Positions 36,434 through 50,200 of a DNA stretch of 64,000 bases are shown here, piece by piece. Position numbers and translations under genes: made by a program. The stretch is taken from positions 31,620,001 to 31,684,000 of the forward strand of contig NC_043004.1 in the NCBI RefSeq assembly GCF_006345805.1. The letters run 5' to 3'. The DNA is from Octopus sinensis (taxonomy: Eukaryota). The notes under the pieces were generated by a model, which was not told where the DNA came from, did no database searches, and saw only the letters and a program-made list of their open reading frames with translations. Each line of letters opens with the position of its first letter. The first letter of the stretch is position 1.

Positions 36434-38179
36434 GTGTGTGTGTGTGTGCATCTGTTTGCGAGTACCCTTTTCTTGACATCATGTGATGGATGTAAATTAG
36501 TGTCACTGACACACAAGTGATGTTTGTTTCCAATCTTCCATGGAAAACATGTCTGGCCATGGTAAAGTTTACTTTGAATGGAAATGGGTGAATTGGCAAC
36601 AAGATTGGAATCTGGCCATTGAGAATCTACAGCAGTAAATTTCATTTGATTCAAGCTAGTCAATTTGAATAAAAGCAATGACAATGATAATTTGTAGAAA
36701 TGGTGAAAATAAAAATCAAAGATTGGACCTTTTCGAAACAATGATTCACCAGGAGTTCGAAAAAATTCAGGTAGAAGAGGTTTTACTGCCTTCATTTTAG
36801 CAAAAGAACATTTGTCAGCAATATCTTCAAAAAGTTGGTCATTTTTAGGAAGGCCTAAAAATTCAGCCACTTTAGCCACATTGCTCACTGGATCCTAAAG
36901 AAAATTTGAAAAAAAAACAATTACACAAACACACAAATATCAATAAAATAAAAATTTTAGCACAGTTTTATCATATAACTTGTAGAAATACAAAAATGCC
37001 TTATAAAAGATTACAAAAAACAAAAATAAATTTCATGTTTGAGTAGACAAAAGATATTTCACCTTTTTAAGATCTTCATATTTAACTATCAAAATGGGTA
37101 GTTCAGGATGGTCTTTGATATCTTTCTCCCACTGTTGCGTATATTCAAACCAGCTACCATAATTCACTGAAACAAAACAACATCGCTTTACTGATAAGAT
37201 GAATGACATTTCATTGTGCTGCTGCTGCCACCATCAGTGGTATCATTTGATATCCAAGTTCCATGCTGGCATGCACTGGACAGTTTGATTTTGATAGAAT
37301 GGGTTCAAGAACAGCATCATGCTTCAGTGTCTGCTTTGGCATGATTTCTACAGCTCAATGCCCTTCCTAATACCAACCGTTTTACAGCTTATACTAGGTG
37401 CTTCTTTCATGCCACCAGCACATGTGAAGTCACCATGCAATGAGCCCAAAGTGGAGTAGCTTAAGGGAAGGAGATGAAAAGTCAAAGTATGAGAAAAGGG
37501 AGCCAAAGCAGAAAAGGTATTTTGTTATAGAGAAGCTACTTGGTGGGTGCTCATATTTTACAAGAATGGGTAGAGGAGATTGGGGTGGAGCTGAAAACAG
37601 ATGAAAAGATAGTAGTGATGAGGTGTCTGAGTGTTCCCCAAAGTATGAGGTGAATAGAAGAGAGGACAGAAGAACTGAAAGGGTGGGTGGTTAGAGGTTG
37701 CATGAGTGTATGGGAAAGTAAGACATGGGGAACTGGTGAATATAAAGAAAAACAAGTGTTTAAGGTTTAATATTGAAGTCTAAGATATAGATTCAGAGAA
37801 TCATGTGGCTATCACAGAGAGCTCCTCTAATGGATTTGGCTAACTGACTACATAGTAATATAATACAGAGAAGTGTATTGCAGAGTAACCATACAGCTGA
37901 AACCCAGAAGATCCAATTGATAAAATTATTTCATGAGAAGTATATAAGGCATACATAGTCAGGAGGTATAAAAGGTGAATATATTTATTTAACCACTTGA
38001 CATCTTTAGGATTGCAACCATTTCACAGACTTTTTTATGTAGTAATAATTTCAGTGTCAAATAAGTTCTGTTTACATATTTGCATAAATATGCATGCTTC
38101 ACATACAGTTCTATCAGCTCACCACAATATCCCAGTTATACCAACAATTCAACTTCTCTCATACCTCCTGACTTTTTAT

Positions 38180-38225
<46 letters not shown>

Positions 38226-41200
38226 AATATATATATATCTACATACATACTTCAAATTTAAAAAGAGGAAGCTAGGATGAGAGAACAACAAGCAGTTGTA
38301 TTAGTTTAACACTCGGGAAGAATAGAAAAGTCTTTGCCATTTCAAGCCTATGTTCTTTAACAGAAAAGGATTGAGTGGACAAAAATAGAAAGAGAACAAA
38401 AAAAAAAAAAACCGTGAGAGAAAAAAAAAAATATATATATATATGTATATATAGTGCAAAAAGCACTAGTGCACTCTATAAAGTGCTTGGCATTAGAAAG
38501 AGCATCCAACCCTAGAAACACTGCCAAAGCAAACAATAGAACTTGGCACAGTCCTCTGGCTTGCCAGCTCTTGTGCAACCCATGCCAGTATGGAAAATGG
38601 ACATAAAATGATAGTGAAGATGATGCTGTATGTGTGTGTGTGTGTGATCATATATATGTATGTATCTGCATACATACATAGCAAGAATGTCTGCCAGCAG
38701 CCCAGACAATAACTCACTACTTCAGAATCAAACAGGAATCACTGTACAGTGCTATATTTAAGAGATGAGGAATTATGTACATTATGTAAATAATGTAGGA
38801 ATCACAGTATTCACATGTAAAAATGTCAATAACAATAAACAGGATGCTGTCGAAGATTGAGGACATCACCATGCAACCAACCCAGTCAAATTTGATAAAC
38901 ATTGAGAATTTGCCTTATATCAGTGGCTAGATAACCAACAAAAATAACATGGATCCAGGAGATTGTTTTGCAAACAAGCTCCTTTTTTTTGGACAGATAC
39001 CAGATGAGATTGTCATTAACAATTTCATTTATGGTGCCTTTTCTTTGAAAGACACTAGCTTTGTTTAGGCTTTGATTCTGCTCACTCACCAGTGATTTCA
39101 GTTCTGGGAAAACCAACTGCTACTCAAATTTATACTTCTCAGTATCAGTTCAAGTCCACACAACAATGGCTACTGTTGTGGAAAGATTCAGACCACCCCC
39201 CAAGTGACTAAATGGTGGACTGACTCATTATTATAAAGTAAAGAACTGTGAGCAATTGGGAGTTCAGATTGGTAGCAGTTCACTGTGAGCTATTGATATA
39301 GACCATTGAGTCTCTTGTAATAGTAACAGTGGTGTGTTGTGTATATACTTTCTTCCTCCCATTTCGTTACAGAATAAATCCAATACAAGGATATAAAAGT
39401 GATGATGAGATGTTTGAAGCTTGCATTGGACATTTAAACTTTTTTTTTTGGTACAATAAAAGAAAAAATCATTTAACATAGAGAGTTTATTGGCTTCCAT
39501 GGTGCAGTTACAACAGCAACAGCAGCAACAACTGCAGTTACAGCAGCAGCAACACCAAAGACCAGTAACAGCAGTAACTACAACAGCAACAACAACAACA
39601 TAACCAACAGTTGCTGGAATTAATGTTGAAGAAGTCTGAAAATACTTCAGGTTCGTACTCGCCAGACAGAGTAGCAAACTCAATTGGAGAATTCAAATAC
39701 AACCCAGAAGAAGGTATCACCATCTCTGCATATTTTCATAGATGCGAGGAAATCTTCAAAGAAGAGTGTAAAAGTTGGTCTGATGAGAAAAAAAGTATGA
39801 CTACTTTCAAGAAAGTTATCCCCTGCCAAACACAAAAAATATACAAACTATATTCTGCCAAAGAAACCAGGTGAAATTTGATTTGATGAAACGATTAATA
39901 TTTTATCGAAAATTCTCAGTGAAAGAAGTTCCCTGTTCAATATTTGCAGGCAATGTTTAAATTTGGTCAAAAAAGATGATGAAGATTTTGTCATCTATGC
40001 CAGAGTGGTTAACAGAGAGTGTGAGAAATTCAAACTGAATTAACCCTGGACATGTTCCAGTCTTTAATTTTTGTTCAAGGGCTTGCTGCAGACAAAGATA
40101 CAGATATACGTTCCTGGATATCAACAAAATTAGAACAGGACCAAAATTTAACTTTTCAGAAAAATAGACAAAGGATTATTAATCTAAGACATGACTCGAA
40201 TAAAATTGAAGAAAAAGATTGTTCTCAGATTCATGCATGTTGACTGGTAACAAATAAGAAAATAGAGAAAAAAATATCAAGACTGAATCCATGTTATGGG
40301 TGCAGTGATCTACATTTTAAAAATAACTGTCCGTTTAAAAATATAAAATACTACAAGTGTGGTAAAATAGGCCATAAAAAGTCACACTGTAGGACAGAAT
40401 ATAAAAAACAATTCAACAAAAAAATTTGCATAAAAGGATTATCAGTGACAAAAAAATATGAACAAGCCTCAAAGGAAATTTGTGTATGTAAAAATTAATG
40501 ACACAAACAAAGTTACAATTGGATACAGACAGTGACATGTCATTAATCATTACAGGTACATGGAAAAAAATCAAGAGACCTAAATTAAATAAAACTTTGA
40601 AAATTACCTATAGTGCTTCAAGAAAAAAAATTATATTTTAAGGGTGAACTGATAAGTAATATTACATTTCGTGAAAAAAACTTACAAGCTAAAGTTTTTG
40701 TGTTAAATAATACCAGAAATTTATTCGGAACTGACTGGATGGAATTATTTAACTTATGGGACCTTCCCATAAATCTTTTCTGTAAAAATGTGAATGTTTT
40801 TTCCTCCAGCACAAATAAGTTGTCATACGAATTGAAAAACAAATTTTAACATATTTTTCCAGAAGTTCTGCTGATAAATTAGGCCTGAGTACCAAAAAGC
40901 ACAGTTTCAAATAAAACGCCATACCAGTATTGCAACAAAAATGAACGATACCGTTCACAGTATTAAAACAGATAAACTTGGAGTTAGAGAGGCTAGAAAA
41001 AATTGGAATTATCCTGAGAGTGGAATATAGTCAATGATCAGCACCAACTATGTACATTAAGAAAAATAATATTAAAATCAGACTGTGCACTGATTTTTAC
41101 ATTGGTTTAAACAAATGTCTTAAAACATGCCACTATCCACTACTACACCAGAGGATATTTTTGCAAAATTAAACAGTGACAACATATTTTCTAAATTGGA

Positions 41201-44200
41201 TCGCTCTGATGCGTCCCTACACATTAGAGTAGATGATGAATGCTCTAAATACCTAACAATTGACACACGTAAAGAACAGTATAAATACAACAGGTTACCA
41301 TTTGGCTTAAAAGTCAAACTGGTAATTTTTCAACAGATTATGGATGCTGTGTTGGTGGACTGTGAATTCACAATTCCATATCTGAATGATAAACTCATTA
41401 AAAGTGAATCTAGGGAACAACATGGAAAGCATGTAAAATATGCATTTGAAAAAATTAGAGATTATGGTTTTACTTTAGGGGGGATTTTTCCCACAGGAAA
41501 AAAAAGATATTTAGGACAAATCATTGACAGAAATGGACGTTGAGCAGACCCATCAAGGGCAGACACAATAAAAATATACCCTCTCCAACAAGTATAGTGA
41601 CCTTACAAGCATTTTTAGGATTGGTAAATCATACCCAAAATTATATTCCAAATATACATTAGGTGAGGGTTCCACTGAATAATCTGCTGAAAAAAGATAT
41701 GAACCGAAATTGGTTGGAAAATTGTCAAAAAGCATTTGATGAAATAAAAAAAAATATTAATATCTGATTTGTTGTTAGCACACTTCAATCCTGCAGCAGA
41801 GATTGTTGTAGCTTCAGATGCTTCTGAGTATGGTATAAGAACAGTAATGCTACAAAGATGGTAACATGAAGGCAGTGGTTCATGCCTCATGTTCTCTGAT
41901 ATCAGCAAAGAAAAATTATAGTCACATTGAAATAGAAGCTCTAGCGATTATTTTTGTCAAAACAAAAATTTAGCAGCTTTTTACACAGTAGAAGTTTTCA
42001 CCTACAGACTGATCATCGCCCAGCATCAGCATCGCTGCAACGCTGAGCTGAAACTAGAGAAAAAAAAATATTTAGGTTGAAAAAAGGAACTCCTATCCAT
42101 ACTATCAATGCTGGGGTACAATATTATTAAACTATGATTTCAAGATGGAGTATATACCATCCAAAAGATTAGGACATGCTGATTGTCTACCAAGACTGAT
42201 TTTAAAAAAGGCTGAACCATTGGAAGATACCATGATTACTGCTTTGTGAGAAGAAAATGAAATTAAAAATGTTTTGTGTAATGTCATTTGTGAACTGCCA
42301 GTTACTTTACAAGACATAAAATTAAGATCGGAAAACAATATATGAACAGAAGGCCATGCATGGATATGTTAGCAGAAAGCTCATAGATGATAGTAACATT
42401 GATCATCAAAGCAGTCAATCATAGACCAACAACCAGATTACTACCTCCCACTTTGCAGGGTATGCATTTGCAATGCAGGATCAGGAAATATTAACAAATA
42501 CCTGATCACAAAAGGGACAGAGATGCAGGAAAAGCTGTAAAATATGACAACCGATGAAGACTTTGTGGAGTTAAGACCAAACATATCACGCACATCATAA
42601 GCAGTTGTCTGAAAATGTCATCATAATATTATCTATCAATGAGACATGACGTTGTAGTTAGGACACTATATAATGAAATCCGTCGAAAGGATAATCCTGA
42701 AGATAAAGAGATAAGAACACATAGTATGATAGAAGCCATAGACAATCATAATAAAAAGGAGTACTGTTGGAATGTCCCACTGAAATCCTCAATAAAATGA
42801 AAACATTTAGACCTGATATAATGATTTGGGACAGAGAAAAGAAACTATGCACAGAAATCAGCTACGCAGCGGTTGTTAACATAAGGCTAAAGATCAGTGA
42901 AAATGAGAATACCTGCTCTGAACTATTGAGAAATCTGCAGTTACTCTACCAAGATTACAAATTCAGACCTATGCCTGTAATTATTGGAAAACCAGAAGAT
43001 GTAACACAATGTCGAATCACCAATCTTGAGACATTACGCTTCTGAAAAAAATCCAACCATCCAAAATAAATAAATAAATAAATCCAACCATCCATCCATC
43101 CTCTCTACCATTCAGCCATCCATCCAAACATCCATTCATCATTCCATCCATCCATCCATTCATCGAAAAGTCCATCCATCCAAATATCCATCCATCCATC
43201 CATACATCAATCCAAACATCCATCCAACTATCGATCCATCCAAACGTCCATCCATCCATCCTTCCATCAATCCAAACATACATCCATTCTCCCTTCCATC
43301 CATCCATCCATCCATCCATTCAAACATCCATCCATCCATGCATCCAAACATCCATCAAAACACCAATCCGTCCCTCAATCCACCCAAACATCCATCCATC
43401 CAAACATCCATCAATACATCCATCCATCAATCCATCCAAACATCCATCCATCCAGCAAGCCATCAATCCAAACCTACATCCATCCATCCATCAAAACATC
43501 CATCAATGCATCATTCCATACAAACATCCATCCTTCCAAACATCAATCCATCCAGCAATCAATCCAAACATCCATCCATCCATCTATCAATCAATCCATC
43601 AATCCAAAAATCCATCCGTCCATCCATCCATCCAAACATCCATCCAATTATCAATGTATCCAAGCATCCATCCATCCAACATCCATCCATCCAACAATCC
43701 ATCCATGCATCCAACATCCATCCATCAATACATCGATCCATCCAACAACCCAAACATCCATCAAGCCAGCCATCAATCCAAAACTCCATCCATCCATCCA
43801 AACATCCATCCATCTATCCATCCAAACATCCATCCATCCATCAATGCATCCAACCATTCATCCATCCATACATCCATTCATTGATCCAAACATCCACCCA
43901 AACATCCATCCATCCAAACATCCATCGATCCATCCATCCATCCATAAAAAACATCCATCCATGCATCCATCCATACAAACATCAATCCATCCAAACATAT
44001 ATCGATCCAAACATCCATCAGCAATCCATCCAAACATCCAGCCAACCATCCATCCATCCATCCATGCATCCCAACATCCATCCATATATCCATCAATCCA
44101 TCCAAACATATATCCAAAAATCCATCCATCCATCAAAACATACATCAATCCATCAATCCATACAAACATCCATCCATCCATCCATCAATCCATCCATACA

Positions 44201-47200
44201 AACATCCATCCATCCCTCAATAAATCCAAACATCCATCCATCCATCAATCCATCCATCAAAATATCCATTCATTCATCCGTCAAAACATCCACCCATCCA
44301 TGCATCAAACCATCCATCCATCCGAACATCCATCCTAATATCCATCAATACATCCAAACATCTTTACATCCATACATCACTCCAAACATCCATACATACA
44401 TCAATCCATACATCCCTACATCCATCCATCAATCCATACATATATGCATACATCGATATATACATAAATACTTACATACATACATACATACATTCATACA
44501 TGCATACATCCATATGTACATGCATCCATCCATACATTTATCCATCCAAACAGCCAATCATCCACCCATCTATCCATGCATCCAACCATTCATCCATCCA
44601 TCCAAACATCCTTCCATCCAAACATCCACCCATCCATCCATCCATGCATCCAACCATTCATCCATCCATCCATCCAAACATTCTTCCATCCAAACATCCA
44701 TCCATCCATCCATACACCCATCCATCCAAACATACATACATCCATCCAAACATCCATACATCCATGCATCCAAACATCCATCCATCCAAACATCCATCCA
44801 TCCAGCCAGCCATCCATCAATCCAAACAGCCATCCATCCAACCAACCAAACATCCATCCATCCATCCATGCATCCAACCATTCATCCATCCATCTATCCA
44901 TACATCCATCCATGCAAACATCCATCCTTCTAGCCAGCCAGCCAGCAATCCAATCCTCCATCCATCAATCCATCCATCAAAACATCCATCCATGCAAACA
45001 ACCATCCATACATCCATCCATCCATCCATCCATACATCCATCAATGCATCCAGCCATCCATATATCCATCCATCCATCCATCCATTTATCCATCCAAACA
45101 TCAATCCATCCAAACATCCATCCAATATCCATCAATACATCCATCAGTGCATCCATCCAAACATCCATACATACTTCAATCCATACATCCTACATCCATC
45201 CATACGTATATACATATATCCATACACATATACATACTTACATGCATATACACATACATTCATACATCCATACATACATACATCCATACCTACATGCCTC
45301 AATCCATACATCCATCCATCCTTCAACCCATCCAAACATCTATCCATCAATCAATCAAAACATCTATCCATCCATCATTCCATCCAAACATCCATCCCTA
45401 CATCCATCCATCTGTCCATCCAGCCAGCCAGCCATCAATCCAAACATCCATCCACACAAACAACCATCCATCCATCCATTTATCAATCCATCCAAAAATC
45501 CATACATTCATCCATCAATCCATCCATCCATCCATGCATAAATCCAACCATCCATACATTCATACAGCGATCCATCCAACCATCCAAACATCCGTACAAA
45601 CATCCAGCCATCCATCAATCCAAACATCCATTCATCTGTCCACACATCCAAATATGCATCCATCAAAACATCGATCCATCCATCCATCAACACATCCATT
45701 CATCCATCAATCCATACAAACATCCATCCATCCAAAAAATCCATTCAGCCATACAAACATCCATCAATCCATCCATCCATCAAAACACCCATCCATCCCG
45801 CAATCCATCCAAACATCCATCCAACCTTTCACATACACCAAACATCAATCCATCCATGATTCCATTCATCCATCAAAACATCCATCCATCCATCCAAATA
45901 TCCATCAATACATTCATAGATCCATCTATCCAGCAATCCAAACATCTGTACATCCATCCATCCAAACATCCATACATACATCAATCCATACATCCCTACA
46001 TCCATCCATCAATCCAATCATATATACATACGTCCATATGTACATACATACTTACATACATACAAACATAGAATCATACATCCATACATCCATGCATCCA
46101 TCCATAAGTCCATCCATCCTTCCATCCATCCAAACATGCATCCATCGATCAATTCAAACATCCATCCATCTATCCATCCAAACATCCATCTATCAAAACA
46201 TCCACCCATCCAAGCATCCAACCATTCATCCATCCATACATCCATCCATCCAAACATCAATCCATCCATCCATCCAAACATCCAGCCAGCAAGCCAGCCA
46301 ACCAGCCATCAATCCGAACCTCTATCCATCCATCCATCAAAACATCCATCCATGCATCCATCCATACAAACATCCATCCATCCATCCTTCCAAACATCCA
46401 TCCAGCAATCCATCCAAACATCCATCCAAACAACCATCCATGCATCCATCCATCCATCAATCCATCCGTCCATATATCCATCCATCCATCCGAACGTCAA
46501 TCCAAACATCCATCGATCCATCCATCCATACAAACATCCATCCATCCATACCTCAATCCTTCCAAACATCCATCCATCCATTCATCCGTCCACACATCCA
46601 TCCAAATATCCATGAACACATCCATACGTCCATCAATCCAAACATCCATCCATCCATACATCCATAAATGCATCCATCCAAACATGCATACATACTTCAA
46701 TCCATACATCCTACATCCATCCATCAATCCATACATACATCCATACATACATACATGCATACACACAAACACTCATACATGCAAACATACATACATCAAT
46801 ACTACATGCATGCATCCATACATCCATACATCCAAACATCCATCAATCCATCATTTCATCCATCCAAACATCCAACCTACAATCCATCCATCAATCCATG
46901 CATCCATACATCGATCCATCCAACCATCCATCCATCAATCCAAACATCCATCCATCCTAACACACATCCAAAAATCCATCCGTCCATCCATCCAAACATC
47001 GATCCATCCAAACATACAAGCATGCATCTATCAATCCAAACATCCATCCATCCATCCAAACATCCATCCATGCATCCATCCATGCATCCATCCAAACATC
47101 CATCCATCCTAACACAGATCCAAACATCCATCCGTCCATCCATCGGTCCATCCATCCAAACATCCATCCATCGATCCATCCAACCAGTCAGCCATCGATC

Positions 47201-50200
47201 CAGACCTCCATCGATCTATCGATCGATCGATCCATCCAAACATCAATCCATCCATCCTGCCAAACATCCATCCGAACATCCATCCATCAAAACATCCACC
47301 CATCTATCCATCAATGCATCCAAATATCCATCCATCCATCCTATATCCATCAATCCATCTATCCAAACATCCATCCACCCAAACATCCATCCAAACATCC
47401 ATCTATCCATTCATCCATCCAACGAAACATCCATCCATGCATCCAACCATCCATCCATCTAAATATCAATCCATACATCCATCTATCCAACCATCTAAAC
47501 ATCCATCCATCCATCCATCCACCCATTCAAACATCTTTCCATGCATTTATCCAAACATCCATACATTCCCTACATCCATCCATCCATCAACACATCCAAA
47601 CATACATACATACATAGATACATACATCCATATATACATACATCCATCCTGCCAGCCAGCCATACATACATGCATACATACTTCCATCTATACATACATA
47701 GATCCTTCCATCCATCCAAACATGCATCATCCAAACATCCATCAATCCTCTCTTCCATCCATCCATTCGTCCATCCATCAATACAAACATCCATCCATCC
47801 ATCGATCCATTCATCCATCCATCCAAACATCTATCCATCCATACATCCATCCAATCATCCATCCATCCGCCCTCCCATCCGTCCATCCATCCATCCAAGC
47901 ATCCATCCATCTTTCCATCCAAACATCCATCCATTCAAACATCCATCCATCCATCCATCAATACAAACATCCATCCATCCAAACATCCATCCAGACATCC
48001 ATCAATCCTTCCATCCATACAAGCATCTATCCATCCAAACATCCATCCATCCAAACATCCATACATCCATCTATCAATCCAAACATCTATCCATCCAAAC
48101 ATCCATCCATCCATAAATTCATCCAAACATCCATCCACCAATCCAAACACCCACCATCCATCCATTAATCGAAACATCTATCCAAAAAATCCATCCATCC
48201 AAACATCCATCCATCCAAACATCCATCCATCCAAACATCCATCCATCCATCGAAACATCCATCCATCCATCCACCCATCCATCAATCCATCCAAACTTCC
48301 AGCCATCCATCCAAACATAGATCCATACATCCATCCATCCATCAATCCAAAACATCCATCCATCCATCCAAGCATCCATCCATCTTTCCATCCAAACATC
48401 CATCCATTCAAACATCCATCCATCCATCAATACAAACATCCATCCATCCAAACATCCATCCAGACATCCATCAATCCTTCCATCCATACAAGCATCTATC
48501 CATCCAAACATCCATCCATCCAAACATCCATCTATCAATCCAAACATCCATCCATCCAAACATCCATCCATCCATAAATCCATCCAAACATCCATCCACC
48601 AATCCAAACACCCACCATCCATCCATTAATCGAAACATCTATCCAAAAAATCCATCCATCCAAACATCCATCCATCCAAACATCCATCCATCCATCGAAA
48701 CATCCATCCATCCATCCACCCATCCATCAATCCATCCAACTTCCACCCATCCATCCAAACATAGATCCATACATCCATCCATCCATCAATCCAAACATCC
48801 ATCCATCCATCAATCCATATATCCAAACAATCCATCCATCTATACAAACATCCATCCATCTAAACATCCATCCATACATCCATCCATCCATCCATCCAAA
48901 CATCCAAACATCCATCCATCCATCCATCGAAACATCCATCCATCTGTCCATCCATCTGTCCATCCATCCACCCATCCATCCATCAATCCATCCAAACTTC
49001 CATCCATCCATCCAAACATAGATCCATACATCCATCCATCCATCAATCCAAACATCCATCCATCAATCCATATATCCAAACATCCATCCATACAAACATC
49101 CATCCATCCAAACTTCCATCGAAACATCCATCAATCCTTCCATCCATACAAGCATCTATCCATCCAAACATCCATCTATCAATCCAAACATCCATCCATC
49201 CAAACATCCATCCATCTATAAATCCATCAAACATCAATCCACCCATCCAAACACCCACTATCCATCCATCAATCGAAACATCCATCCAAACGTCCATCCA
49301 TCCATCCAAACATCCATCCATCCATCAAAACATTCATCCATCCATCCATCCAAACATCCATCCAAACTTCCATCCATCCCTCAATCCAAACATCCATCCA
49401 TACATCCACCCATCCATCTATCAATATAAAAATCCATCTCTCCAAACAGCCATCCACCCATCCAAACACCCACTATCCATCCATCAATCCAAACATCCAT
49501 CCATCCATCGAAACATGCATCCAAATTTCCATCCATCGAAACATGCATCCAAATTTCCATCCATCCATACAAACATCCCTCCATCCATCCAAACATCCAT
49601 CACTCCATCAATCGAAACATTCATCCATCCATCCATCCATCCAACCAAACATCCATCCATCCATCAATCCATCCAAACATCCATCCATCAATAAATCCAA
49701 ACATCCATCCATACAACCATCAATCCAAACATTCATCTATCAATACAAACATACATCCATCCCTCAATGCATCCATCCAAACATCAATCCATCCATCCAT
49801 CCATCCATCCAAACCTCCATCCATCCATCAATCCAAACATCCGTCCATCCATCCGTCCATCCATCCAAACATCCATCCATCCATCCAAACATCCATCCAT
49901 CCATCCATCCATACATCCAAACTTCCATCCATCCATCCAAACGTCCATCCATCAATACAAACATCCATCCATCCAAACATCTATCCAAACATCCATCCAT
50001 CCATCCAAACATCCATCCATCCATCGAAACAGCCACCCATCCATCCACCCATCCATCAACCCATCCATCAATCCCTCCAAACTTCCATCCATCCATATAT
50101 CGATCCATACATCCATCAATCCAAACCTCCATCCATCCATCAATCCAAACATCCATCCATCAATCCGTCCATCCATCCATTCAAACATCCATCCATCCAA

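Noticed and set aside
36301-36728. 195-aa ORF as the true C-terminus of the sulfotransferase
   Set aside because: After RKG it runs into SINE and (CA)n sequence; the conserved GxxGDWKNxFT end is encoded by the exon at 31973-31864.
39510-39605. CAG/CAA run as a polyglutamine host exon
   Set aside because: It lies at the start of the decayed Gypsy gag, with no splice sites or host context.
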